From the NCBI GenBank assembly GCA_032718475.1, contig JAUCBJ010006446.1, positions 1-36,623 of the forward strand: 36,623 nt of DNA, given 5' to 3'. The notes under the pieces are model-generated. The model was not told the origin of the DNA. It worked only from the letters and a program-made list of their open reading frames with translations, and ran no database searches. Each line of letters begins with the position of its first letter. Position 1 is the stretch's first letter. Both the position numbers and the translations under genes were made by a program. This stretch comes from Nemertoderma westbladi. Taxonomy: Eukaryota; Animalia; Xenacoelomorpha. Shown piece by piece: positions 1 through 11,620 of this stretch.

Positions 1-630
1 CTTAACATAATCATAAGTCAAAAATAACAGCTGATTACTCACATATGAAAACCGTACCATGTGGTATTATTATCGTTCCTTGTTTTGGTTAGAATAAAGT
101 GATGCTGAAACCTGCTCTTTTCCCCTTCATTTGTAATTAACATTGTTAAGTCGCCGATAAGGGATTTGCGTCCCCTCCCAGGTCTCACCATACCACCACC
201 CAGCAATCCAACCCCACCCCACCCCACCCCTATAAAATAGTTATAGGTACTGTATGTAGGGTCTATGTATTAAATCAGTTTCCAGTAGGCTGAAAGGCAT
301 CAGTTATTATATCTGCACTGCACTGCACTACTGCACTTACACTGCGTCGCGTGGTTGACATCATAATAGAGGAGGATTAAGAAGGCCGATGTTTTGTAAA
401 ACAATATGATGCAATAAATGAAATAGTTATGCAATGATGATGCAATAGTTAATTTATAAGTGAATATCTAAGTAACTGCTGTCCATCAACTGGGCTGCTG
501 CAGGTTCAACTGAAAGTTAATTTTTTTTAATAATTATGCGTAGTGCAGCACTTTTTAAAATAATGATATTACTCGTTCGCCTTTACTATCTTTATGCACG
601 TTCGAAATGTGTTGTATGATGGAGACTAAG

Positions 631-1003
631 GGGTTAATCTTTCCGACTTTCGCGTAGTGTATTTTGAAACTACTCGAACCACTTCGCTTAGGTGCTTCGC
701 GGTAGGTGTAGCTACATAGACCTACTCATGTATAAATCCTAAACATTATAACAATTATTGCGCGCGCAACATACAGTATACCACTGCATAATAGGGATAT
801 ATAGGGGGCACTTATGTTGAGACCATTTAATGGGTGTTCACTGAGCATTTTGTCTATTGAAAATATTGATTTATTTTAGTACTGAACTTCTTGAAATATG
901 TACTAATGATATACGTTGTGTACGCGTAGTTGATGTTAAAACTCTGAAACTGGTGATGCATGACCCAATGTGACGAACTACACGTAGATCGAAAATATTT
1001 CCC
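631..1003 (-). mobile_element. Diverged copy of the GGGTAAATC-ended MITE at 21213-21800, in opposite orientation
   Basis: Degenerate TIRs GGGTTAATCTTTCCGAC...GATCGAAAATATTTCCC. Internal blocks at about 735-770, 850-890 and 920-970 are reverse complements of about 21570-21604, 21420-21470 and 21270-21320. No TSD is visible. Confidence 0.7.
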
Positions 1004-1460
1004 TTAAAAAGTTGTCATTACAGCATTATGAAAGCGGGAGATTTGAATAATTGTTTATTATTTTATGTGTGATACGATACCGGTCAGCCGTTACTCAAGG
1101 GTGTGTAGCTGAAGTAGGTAAGTGTAGCAGTGTAGGTAGGCTTCTTCAGTACTTACTTTGGTGATACTAATATCAGAAACAGACAACTGAAATTGAACTA
1201 TGCAAACATGTCGTCTGCTGTTCAGCGTTCAGGTTGAGTAAGCCTTGTGTAATTTCTCCACTTTATCAGTTTACGATGTATAGGCCTACCTAGTTCAGGT
1301 AGTTATAGCAGTTAGGGCCTAACTTATATATTTAATACAATTAGGTATACATACATGTATAAGGCAAGGCATGTGGTTCCCAACAGTCAACAGACTAGTA
1401 ATTAGGAATTACTGAATTATTTAGCATATAAAACAGCGGTGAATACTGGAATATCAGAAT

Positions 1461-2456
1461 ATGAATAGATTTTGTGGTATAGCTTTATCTTTGCTCGCTT
1501 GTATTATTGACCTTGTTAGCACCAGCGTAATATATATCCAAGGCAACGACTTGAGTATACTTCGGCGCGATCTCGATGGCTTTAATGTTTTCGAGTCGTT
1601 GACTGACATTTGGTTATTGGTGTTACTGAGAAGCGGCGTATACTCGGGTCTGTCATTCGGTCTGGCCGTTAATTCCAGGTACACCTCGAGTAACATGAAA
1701 GGGAAATCCGTTTACCTGGTGAATTCTGTGGTCGTAATTAATATATGTTACGCGATAATTAAACTCCTCCTCTGCGCGGATGTCACCGAATATATATCCT
1801 CACGTCCGTGGACTTTGGTTATTTTATTATGGACAGGGGCTTCCTCGGTGTGGCTGGCCGTTCATTGGTCGTTGCTAAGGAAACACATAACCAGTAGTTG
1901 CGTCGTGGCTGTCAATATAAACGGCGACGGGGAGCCTTTAGTCCATTCGGTTTCCGGTTCGCCGGGGAAACATCTTCCGGGAGAACTCAGTTCCCCCGAA
2001 GAAACGTCCGTCTCTGGTGACGTCATTAAAACGTCGCTCTTCGAGATGTTGAAGTATTCGAGATATGATTGGCCTGTTTTATTGCCAGCATTGTTCTTTC
2101 TAGGTCTGTGCGCCGCCATGGATATTATTGAACCTTTATACATGTCTCGGTTAGTGAACGCTGTTGCTATCGATCGATCTCAACCGAAATTCCTCCGAGC
2201 TATGCTCCCAGTGTTCCTAATCTATCTAGTTATGGCGGTCGCAGCTAGTTCCAGGGGTGGGTTGATGTCTCTAGGTATGGGTAGGTTTGTTATCAGGATT
2301 CGGCGGTTGTTATTCGAGTCGGTTCTCCGACAAGAAATGGGGTTCTTTGACGCGAACCGGACTGGGGATATAACTTCGCGACTAACCTCCGATACAACCA
2401 CAATGTCCGATACACTCGCACTCAATTGTAACATCATGTTGCGCAATTTAATAAAG
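1461..2456 (+). CDS. ABCB9: ABCB9/TAPL-like ABC half-transporter, coding exon 1 (TMD0 and start of the ABC membrane domain)
   Basis: Hydrophobic N-terminal segments, then IRIRRLLFESVLRQEMGFFDANRTGDITSRLTSDTTTMSD, typical of ABCB9/TAP/HAF. The exon ends ...ATAAAG|GCGAGA in phase 0. Confidence 0.85.
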
Positions 2457-2619
2457 GCGAGATTTCATAGCTGAGCCGGGAAATACGGGTCTTTCAGTAT
2501 TTTTATCTTTTCTTGAAGAAAATATCACTAATGAAAATGTTATCGGGAAAACTACTATGATTGGTTTCCATTTCCACAGCAATAAGAGCCAAAACTAGAC
2601 CACTATCAATATCAATTAG

Positions 2620-3279
2620 TGTTCTAATTGACTAAGTGATAACTATTGTTATATCTGTATCACTATATAAGTTATGACAAAGGGTATATCTGTATCACTG
2701 TAATTAAGGGAGAGTGTATCAGTATCACTAAGGGATGACTAAGGGTGGGTATATCTGTATCACTAAGTGATAATTAAGGCTATATCTGTATCACTAAGTG
2801 ATATCTAAGGGTATATCACTATCACTAAGTGATAACTAAGGATATATCTGTATCACTAAGTGATAATTAAGGATATATCAGTATCACTAAGTGATAATTA
2901 GGGTATATCACTATCACTAAGTGATAACTAAGGGTATATCTGTATCACTAAGTGATAATTAAGGATATATCAGTATCACTAAGTGATAATTAGGGTATAT
3001 CACTATCACAAAGTGATAACTAAGGGTATATCTGTATCACTAAGTGATAATTAAGGATATATCAGTATCACTAAGTGATAATTAGGGTATATCACTATCA
3101 CAAAGTGATAACTAAGGGTATATCTGTATCACTAAGTGATAATTAAGGCTATATATGTATCACTAAGTGATATCTAAGGGTATATCAGTATCACTAAGTG
3201 ATAACTAAGGATATATCAGTATCACTAAGTGATAATTAGGGTATATCACTATCACTAAGTGATAACTAAGGGTATATCT
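2620..3279. repeat. 30/31-bp tandem satellite, left part
   Basis: Monomers TATCACTAAGTGATAACTAAGGGTATATC(T/A/C)G and TATCACTAAGTGATAATTAGGGTATATCAG, degenerate toward 2620. Confidence 0.95.
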
Positions 3280-5705
3280 CTGGAAATGGATTGTTTTCGG
3301 CTGGAACCCAGTTCAAGAAGCGAACTGGAAAGCTATGGACTCATAGTGGACCCAGTGGTCACAAGTCCCAGATAGACCATATTCTGTTCCGTAGGAAATA
3401 CAGGAGCTCTATACAAGACTGTAATGCATTTACACTTCGACCCTTTTCCAGTGATCACCGCCTTATTGTGGCCAAGGTAAGACTTAGTCTGCGTGCTAGC
3501 AGAACAACGAAATCTGCCTTGCCGCGGCATGACTGGTCCTCTCTGTTGCAACAGCCAAGTGTGAGATCCAGCTTCACACTACAGCTGAGCAACAGGTATG
3601 AGGCTCTTGCCTCTGAGGCGGCAGATCACTGTGAGGGCTATACTGCTTTTACAGAAGCAGTTAAGTTAGCAGCTGCAGAAACAGTTCCTGTATACCCTCG
3701 AAACAGGAAAAGGGCCCCCTGGACTGACAACAAAATTCAGAAGTGCCGAAATGACCTTCATAAGGCGCAGAAAGAGTCCCGACTCAAACAGACTACAGCG
3801 GCCAAGAATGCAGTTAAGGCTGCATCTAGGTCCCTGAACAGGCAGTACTCTGCTAATCTACAGGAGCTAATAAACCAACAGGTTGATGCCATCAATGATG
3901 CTGACGACAGCAGGCAATCATCCCAGGCATGGAAATCGATCAATCTGCTTACTGGGCGGAAAAGCCAACCAACCACCAAGGTTAAGGCTGAATCACCAGC
4001 CGATCGCCTCAATGGTTGGAAAGCCCACTTTGAAAAGCTCCTCAATAATGACAGGGTATTGCCTGATAACTTTATAGAAGTAAAAGTGTCTGAGTCTGTA
4101 CTCCCAGATATTCCCATTGGCGATATCTCTTTTGCAGAAGTGAAGGCTGCTGCAAAGAGCATTAAGACCAATCGTGCCAGTGGAGTAGATGGTGTTCCCC
4201 CTGAGGTCTTTAAAATACCTGAGTGTTTAAAGCTCATCTATCCCATCATAGTAGACACGTACCGAACAACAAGAGTCCCACAAGAAATGAAAACAAATAA
4301 GTTGGTGCCAGTTCCCAAGAAGGGCAACCTAACACTCTATGGTTCTTTTCGGGGAATCTCATTGATCTCGATTGCTGCAAAGCTATACAATAGGATTCTA
4401 TTAAATCGCATCAGGGATCCCATTGAGAGACTGCTCCGTGGAAATCAGAATGGGTTCCGTAAAGGTCGTGGGACCATGGAGCCCATTTTGGCACTTAGAA
4501 GGATAATTGAAGAGTTATCAAAAAAGAAAGACAGGCATCTGGCTGTTATCTTTGTTGACTTCTTCAAGGCCTTTGATTCAGTCTCTCGCTCACGTATGTT
4601 CAGCATACTTTCATTATATGGGATTCCTGATGAAATTATTGCAGCAATCAGATCAGTATACGATGGTTCGACAACATTTGTGTCTACTGTTGACGGTGAC
4701 ACAGAACCATTTGAAGTGTTATGGGGCGTCCTCCAAGGAGACACACTTGCACCATTCTTGTTCATTATTGTGGTTGACTATGTTCTACGCATGTCCTTAG
4801 ATCATTATAATGATGATGGGGTGATGATAACTCCACCTACTGGCTCCAGAAGTCGAGGAAATCCTGCCATGTACCTAACTGATCTAGACTTTGCTGATGA
4901 CTTAGGAGTACTCTCAGAATCATTAGAGGGAGCCCAACGGCTCCTCAGCTCATTAGAACATGCTGCTTCTAGTGTTGGTCTTTTTATTAACTCCAGAAAG
5001 ACCAAAATTCTGACAGTTAACTTTGAAAGTCCTCAGCAAGTCTCTGATCGGATGAGCATAAGCTCAAAGGATGGTATGCTTGAGCATGTGGACGACTTCT
5101 GTTACCTGGGATCATGGATCCGGAAGTCAGGTGAGGACCTTCGAATACGTAAGGGAAAGGCATGGGCAGCCTTGAATAGGCTTTCCAGGATTTGGAAGTC
5201 ACCGAGAATTAATCGGAAACTTAAGGTCCGATTATTTAGAGCAGCAGTAGTTCCAGTACTCCTCTACGGGAGTCCATGCTGGGCTCTAACTGCTGAGGAC
5301 ACCAAATCTCTAGATGGCACATTCACAAGAATGCTACGCCGGGTTCATTGTGTCAAGTACAATGCACACATCTCCAACCAGACACTATATAACATTGGAG
5401 GTGTCTCATTGGTTCCCCCAAGCTTGACACTAGAACAAAATCGCCTCCGCTTTGCAGGATATTGCTTTCGCCGTGAGGATCAGCCAGTGCATAATCTTGT
5501 ACTTTGGCAGCCTCATGGAGTGAATAAGCATGGTGGACAGCCCATGACTTTCTTGAGACGCATCTTAAAGGACACTGGCCTTAAAGATGCGGATGATCTC
5601 GCAAATGTCATGGGTGATAGGGAGTTGTGGCGGTGCAATTTTGTTGACAAGCCGGCACAGCATTCTTAAAAATGCAGCTGCAATGCAGCATGCCGATCCT
5701 AGTAG
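3280..5705 (+). mobile_element. 5'-truncated RTE-clade non-LTR retrotransposon
   Basis: Single EN-RT ORF, 36-bp 3' UTR ending TAGTAG, and 13-bp TSD TAAGGGTATATCT at 3267-3279 and 5706-5718. Confidence 0.88.
3291..5669 (+). CDS. LINE ORF: C-terminal part of an APE endonuclease plus reverse transcriptase (N-terminally truncated, no true ATG)
   Basis: EN motifs SQIDHIL and SDHRLI. RT motifs PVPKKG, FRGISL, QNGFRKGR, FVDFFKAFDSV, GVLQGDTLAPFLF, DLDFADDL, FCYLGS. 792 codons without a stop. Confidence 0.92.
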   Translation: MFSAGTQFKKRTGKLWTHSGPSGHKSQIDHILFRRKYRSSIQDCNAFTLRPFSSDHRLIVAKVRLSLRASRTTKSALPRHDWSSLLQQPSVRSSFTLQLSNRYEALASEAADHCEGYTAFTEAVKLAAAETVPVYPRNRKRAPWTDNKIQKCRNDLHKAQKESRLKQTTAAKNAVKAASRSLNRQYSANLQELINQQVDAINDADDSRQSSQAWKSINLLTGRKSQPTTKVKAESPADRLNGWKAHFEKLLNNDRVLPDNFIEVKVSESVLPDIPIGDISFAEVKAAAKSIKTNRASGVDGVPPEVFKIPECLKLIYPIIVDTYRTTRVPQEMKTNKLVPVPKKGNLTLYGSFRGISLISIAAKLYNRILLNRIRDPIERLLRGNQNGFRKGRGTMEPILALRRIIEELSKKKDRHLAVIFVDFFKAFDSVSRSRMFSILSLYGIPDEIIAAIRSVYDGSTTFVSTVDGDTEPFEVLWGVLQGDTLAPFLFIIVVDYVLRMSLDHYNDDGVMITPPTGSRSRGNPAMYLTDLDFADDLGVLSESLEGAQRLLSSLEHAASSVGLFINSRKTKILTVNFESPQQVSDRMSISSKDGMLEHVDDFCYLGSWIRKSGEDLRIRKGKAWAALNRLSRIWKSPRINRKLKVRLFRAAVVPVLLYGSPCWALTAEDTKSLDGTFTRMLRRVHCVKYNAHISNQTLYNIGGVSLVPPSLTLEQNRLRFAGYCFRREDQPVHNLVLWQPHGVNKHGGQPMTFLRRILKDTGLKDADDLANVMGDRELWRCNFVDKPAQHS

Positions 5706-8700
5706 TAAGGGTATATCTGTATCACTACGTGATAATTAAGGGTATATCTTTATCATTATCACTAAGTAATAACTAAGGCTATATCTGTATCACTAAGTGA
5801 TAACTAAGGGTATATCAGTATCACTATGTGATAATTAAGGATATATCTGTATCACTAAGTGATAATTGAGGATATATCAGTATCACTAAGTGATAACTAA
5901 GGATATATCAGTATCACTAAGTGATAATTATGGTATATCAGTATCATTAAGTGATAAACTAAGGATATATATGTATCACTAAGTAATAATTATGGTATAT
6001 CAGTATCACTAAGGGATAACTAAGTTTATATCTGTATCACCTAAGTGTGGTAATTAGGGTATATCCGAATCACTAAAAAGATAACTAAGGGTGTATCCGT
6101 ATTACTAAGTGATAACTAAGGGTATATATATGTATCTCTAAGTGGTAACTAAGGGTATATGAGTATCACTAAGTGATAACTAAGGGTATATCTGTATCAC
6201 TAAGAGGTAACTAAGGATATATCCGTATCACTAAGTGGTAACTAAGGGTATATCAGTATCACTAAGTGATAACTAAGGATTTTTACATGTATCACTAAGT
6301 GATAATTAGGGTATATCAGTATCATTAAGTGATAACTAAGGGTATATCCGTATCACTAAGTGATAATTAGGGTATATCAGTATCACTAAGTGATAACTAA
6401 GAGTATATCTGTATCACTAAGTGATAACTAAGGGTAGACCTGTATCATTAAGCGATAATTAGGGGAGGGTGTATCAGTATCACTAAGTGATAACTAAGGG
6501 TATATCCGTATCACTAAGTGATAATTAGGGTATATCAGTATCACTAAGTGATAACTAAGGGTATATCCGTATCACTAAGTGATAATTAGGGTATATCAGT
6601 ATCACTAAGTGATAACTAAGAGTATATCTGTATCACTAAGTGATAACTAAGGGTAGGTAGACCTGTATCATTAAGTGATAATTAGGAAAGGGTATATCAG
6701 TATCACTAAGTGATAACTAAAGGTATATCCGTATCACTAAGTGATAATTAGGGTATATCAGTATCACTAAGTGATAACTAAGGGTATATCCGTAGCACTA
6801 AGTGATAATTAGGGTATATCAGTATCACTAAGTGATAACTAAGGGTATATCTGTATCACTAAGTGATAATTAGGGTATATCAGTAGCACTAAGTGATAAC
6901 TAAGGGTATATATGTATCTCTAAGTGGTAACTAAGGGTATATCAGTATCACTAAGTGATAACTAAGGGTATATCAGTGTCATTAATAATAACTAAGGGCA
7001 TATATCACTAAGTGATAATTAGGGTATATCAATATCTCTAAGTGATAATTAGGGTATATCAGTATCTCTAAGTGATAATTAGGGTATATCAATATCTCTA
7101 AGTGATAATTAGGGTATATCAATATCTCTAAGTTATAATTAGGGTATATCAGTATCACTAAGTGATAACTAAGGGTATATCCGTATCACTAAGTGATAAT
7201 TAGGGTGTATCAGTATCACTAAGTGATAACTAAGGGTATATATGTATCACTAAGTGGTAACTAAGGGTATATCAGTATCACTAAGTGATAACTAAGGGTA
7301 TATATGTATCTCTAAGTGGTTACTAAGGGTATATCAGTATCACTAAGTGATAACTAAGGGTATATCCGTATCACTAAGTGATAACTAAGGGTATATCCGT
7401 ATCACTAAGTGATAACTAAGGATTTTTACATGTATCACTAAGTGATAATTAGGGTATATCAGTATCACTAAGTGATAACTAAGGGTATATCTGTATCACT
7501 AAGTGATAATTAGGGTATATCAGTCTAAGGTATATGTATCTCTAAGTGGTTACTAAGGGAATATCAGTATCACTAAGTGATAACTAAGGGTATATCCGTA
7601 TCACTAAGTGATAACTAAGGATTTTTACATGTATCACTAAGGGATAATTAGGGTATATCAGTATCACTAAGTGATAACTAAGGGTATATCTGTATCACTA
7701 AGTGATAATTAGGGTATATCAGTATCACTAAGTGATAACTAAGGGAATATATGTATCTCTAAGTGGTAACTAAGGGTATATCAGTATCACTAAGTGATAA
7801 CTAAGGGTATATCAGTGTCATTAATAATAACTAAGGGCATATATCACTAAGTGATAAATTAGGGTATATCAGTATCATTAAGTGGTTACTAAGGGTATAT
7901 CAGTATCACTAAGTGATAACTAAGGGTATATCCGTATCACTAAGTGATAACTAAGGATTTTTACATGTATCACTAAGGGATAATTAGGGTATATCAGTAT
8001 CACTAAGTGATAACTAAGGGTATATCTGTATCACTAAGTGATAATTAGGGTATATCAGTATCACTAAGTGATAACTAAGGGAATATATGTATCTCTAAGT
8101 GGTAACTAAGGGTATATCAGTATCACTAAGTGATAACTAAGGGTATATCAGTGTCATTAATAATAACTAAGGGCATATATCACTAAGTGATAAATTAGGC
8201 TATATCAATATCTCTAAGTTATAATTAGGGTATATCAGTATCTCTGAGTGATAATTAGGGTATATCAATATCTCTAAGTGATAATTAGGGTATATCAATA
8301 TCTCTAAGTTATAATTAGGGTATATCAGTATCACTAAGTGATAACTAAGGGTATATCCGTATCACTAAGTGATAATTAGGGTGTATCAGTATCACTAAGT
8401 GATAACTAAGGGTATATATGTATCTCTAAGTGGTAACTAAGGGTATATCAGTATCACTAAGTGATAACTAAGGGTATATATGTATCACTAAGTGATAACT
8501 AAGGGTATATCCGTATCACTAAGTGATAACTAAGGATTTTTACATGTATCACTAAGTGATAATTAGGGTATATCAGTATCACTAAGTGATAACTAAGGGT
8601 ATATCTGTATCACTAAGTGATAATTAGGGTATATCAATATATCTAAGTGATAATTAGGGTATATCAATATCTCTAAGTTATAATTAGGGTATATCAGTAT

Positions 8701-10112
8701 CACTAAGTGATAACTAAGGGTATATCCGTATCACTAAGTGATAATTAGGGTGTATCAGTATCACTAAGTGATAACTAAGGGTATATATGTATCTCTAAGT
8801 GGTAACTAAGGGTATATCAGTATCACTAAGTGATAACTAAGGGTATATCCGTATCACTAAGTGATAACTAAGGATTTTTACATGTATCACTAAGTGATAA
8901 TTAGGGTATATCAGTATCACTAAGTGATAACTAAGGGTATATCAGTATCATTAAGTGATAATTAAGGATATATCAGTATCACTAAGTGATAATTAGGGTA
9001 TATCAGTATCACTAAGTGATAACTAAGGATATATCTGTATCACTAAGTGATAATTAGGGTATATCAGTATCACTAAGTGATAACTAAGGGTATATATGTA
9101 TCTCTAAGTGGTTACTAAGGGTATATCAGTATCACTAAGTGATAACTAAGGGTATATCCGTATCACTAAGTGATAACTAAGGATTTTTACATGTATCACT
9201 AAGTGATAATTAGGGTATATCAGTATCACTAAGTGATAACTAAGGGTATATCTGTATCACTAAGTGATAATTAGGGTATATCACTATCACTAAGTGATAA
9301 CTAAGGGTATATATGTATCTCTAAGTGGTTACTAAGGGTATATCAGTATCACTAAGTGATAACTAAGGGTATATCCGTATCACTAAGTGATAACTAAGGA
9401 TTTTTACATGTATCACTAAGTGATAATTAGGGTATATCAGTATCACTAAGTGATAACTAAGGATATATCTGTATCACTAAGTGATAATTAGGGTATATCA
9501 GTATCACTAAGTGATAACTAAGGGTATATATGTATCTCTAAGTGGTTACTAAGGGTATATCAGTATCACTAAGTGATAACTAAGGGTATATCCGTATCAC
9601 TAAGTGATAACTAAGGATTTTTACATGTATCACTAAGTGATAATTAGGGTATATCAGTATCACTAAGTGATAACTAAGGGTATATCTGTATCACTAAGTG
9701 ATAATTAGGGTATATCAGTATCACTAAGTGATAACTAAGGGTATATCTGTATCACTAAGTGATAATTAGGGTATATCAGTATCACTAAGTGATAACTAAG
9801 GGTATATCAGTGTCATTAATAATAACTAAGGGCATATATCTCTAAGTGATAATTAGGGTATATCAATATCTCTAAGTGATAATTAGGGTATATCAATATC
9901 TCTAAGTTATAATTAGGGTATATCAGTATCTCTAAGTGATAATTAGGGTATATCAGTATCACTACACTAAGTGATAACTAAGGGTTTACCTGCATTATTA
10001 AGTGATAATTAGGATAGTGATATGTATATCAGTTATCAGTAACGGATAACTAAGGGTGGTTTGGGTATGGGTATATCTGTATCACTAAGTGATAACTAAA
10101 GGGTATATCAGT
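5706..10112. repeat. 30/31-bp tandem satellite, right part (about 4.4 kb), with higher-order repeats
   Basis: Same monomers as the left part. The variant GATTTTTACATG recurs at 9182, 9399 and 9616 (217-bp period) and at 7620 and 7956 (336 bp). Confidence 0.97.
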
Positions 10113-10174
10113 AATTAATCAGGATTAGAGACGACTCTCAATAAACTCCCGGCTCATCTGTAAACTCCCTCCAG

Positions 10175-11620
10175 GCTATCGGAACGTGCGCATTTATGTT
10201 CGCGATAAGTTGGCGACTTTCCCTTATAACCTTCATCGGGGGACCGCTAATCGGGTTGATCAGTCACATCTACGGGGAGTACTACAAGGTGCTCGCGAAA
10301 CGAGTCCAGGATTCCCTAGCATTCGCTAATGTGGTCGCTGAGGAGGCAATATCGTCCATGGTGACTGTGCGAAGTTTCGCGAACGAGACAGGAGAAGCCG
10401 ATAGGTACAAACAACGTCTGGATAAAACCTACCGACTAATTAAGAAGGAAAGTCTCGTTTATGGACTTTACCAATTGGTTGTCTGGAACGCCCAGACTAT
10501 GTTGATGCTAGCGAATCTGTACTACGGAGGTCATCTTGTTGTTACCGATCAGCTGACTGGCGAGAAGTTTATCGCGTTTATCCTCTACAGCCTGAACTTA
10601 CAGAATTCTTTCGAGGCTATCGGGGATGCCTACACGGCGTTTATGACGGCGGTCGGGGCCGCGGATAAAGTCTTTACGATAATAAACCGCGAACCGACTA
10701 TTCGTAACGACGGGGAGTTAGTGGCGGAGTCGATGGCTGGAAGGGTTGAGTTCGAGAATGTTTGTTTCGAGTATCCGACTCGACCGGGGCAGGAGGTGCT
10801 GAAGGGGGTTAGTTTCGTTGTGGATCCCGGGGAAACGGTGGCGATCGTAGGGCAGAGCGGAGGTGGAAAGTCGTCGATTATTAAACTCATCGAGAATCTA
10901 TATCGTCCGACTTCCGGTAGGGTGAGTGTCGACGGGGTTCCGGTACACCGGTACGACCACCTTTACCTTCACTCTAAGGTCGCCCTGGTCGGACAGGAGC
11001 CCTCGTTGTTCGGTATGAGTATCGCGGAGAATATTGGCTATGGATTACCAGAAGGATCGTTGAGTACTGCGGTGGTGGAGCTGGCGAGTCGACGGGCTAA
11101 CGCGCACGGATTCGTGCGGGAACTCACGGACGGGTACGCGACGCAGACCGGGGAGAAGGGCACGCAGATGTCCGGGGGACAGAAGCAGCGGATCGCGATA
11201 GCGCGAGCGGTGGTTCGGGAGCCGAGGGTGCTGCTACTGGACGAGGCGACCAGCGCGTTGGATTCCGAGAGCGAGGCCGTCGTGCAGCGAGCGTTGAACG
11301 AGAACCTCGCGGATCGGACGGTGCTAGTCGTCGCCCATCGGTTGAGCACTGTTGAGAAAGCCGACCGGATCATCGTGATGGACCGCGGACGTATCGTGGA
11401 GCGCGGCACGCACGGCCAGTTACTCGGCGCCGAAGGGGTCTACGCTAAACTAGTGCATCGTCAGTTGCTAGGCCCCGACGATGTTGCTAGGCCGCCGTCC
11501 ACGGAAGGGGTGTTAGTCCCGCGAGCTGTGGTTGGTTCGTATGAGTCTAATGGTCCGCGCTCATTGGTTCTGGGTGGTATATTAGCCTCCAGTGTGGGAA
11601 GGGATCCTATTAAACTTTAA
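10175..11620 (+). CDS. ABCB9: ABCB9/TAPL-like transporter, coding exon 2 (rest of the TMD and the NBD); spliced product about 813 aa
   Basis: Walker A GQSGGGKS, Q-loop VGQEP, signature MSGGQKQRIAIARA, Walker B/D-loop LLLDEATSALD, H-loop VAHRLST. Confidence 0.9.
   Translation, partial: AIGTCAFMFAISWRLSLITFIGGPLIGLISHIYGEYYKVLAKRVQDSLAFANVVAEEAISSMVTVRSFANETGEADRYKQRLDKTYRLIKKESLVYGLYQLVVWNAQTMLMLANLYYGGHLVVTDQLTGEKFIAFILYSLNLQNSFEAIGDAYTAFMTAVGAADKVFTIINREPTIRNDGELVAESMAGRVEFENVCFEYPTRPGQEVLKGVSFVVDPGETVAIVGQSGGGKSSIIKLIENLYRPTSGRVSVDGVPVHRYDHLYLHSKVALVGQEPSLFGMSIAENIGYGLPEGSLSTAVVELASRRANAHGFVRELTDGYATQTGEKGTQMSGGQKQRIAIARAVVREPRVLLLDEATSALDSESEAVVQRALNENLADRTVLVVAHRLSTVEKADRIIVMDRGRIVERGTHGQLLGAEGVYAKLVHRQLLGPDDVARPPSTEGVLVPRAVVGSYESNGPRSLVLGGILASSVGRDPIKL

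Larger units (their letters stand above)
2457..10174 (+). other. 7718-bp GC-AG intron of the ABCB9-like gene
   Basis: Donor AAG|GCGAGA, acceptor ctccctccag|GCT. Joining gives LRNLIK-AIGTCAF-MFAISWRLSL in frame, which fits the family alignment as I recall it. No GT occurs between the junction and the in-frame stop at 2472-2474. Confidence 0.8.

Noticed and set aside
2620-10112. CRISPR-like array next to a reverse transcriptase
   Set aside because: The linkers are repeated variants, not unique spacers. There are no cas genes, and the RT is a TSD-flanked LINE in a eukaryotic intron.
2620-10112. Resemblance of the dyad to lambda or tet operators (TATCAC...GTGATA)
   Set aside because: The spacing differs and there is no phage or vector context, so this is probably coincidence.
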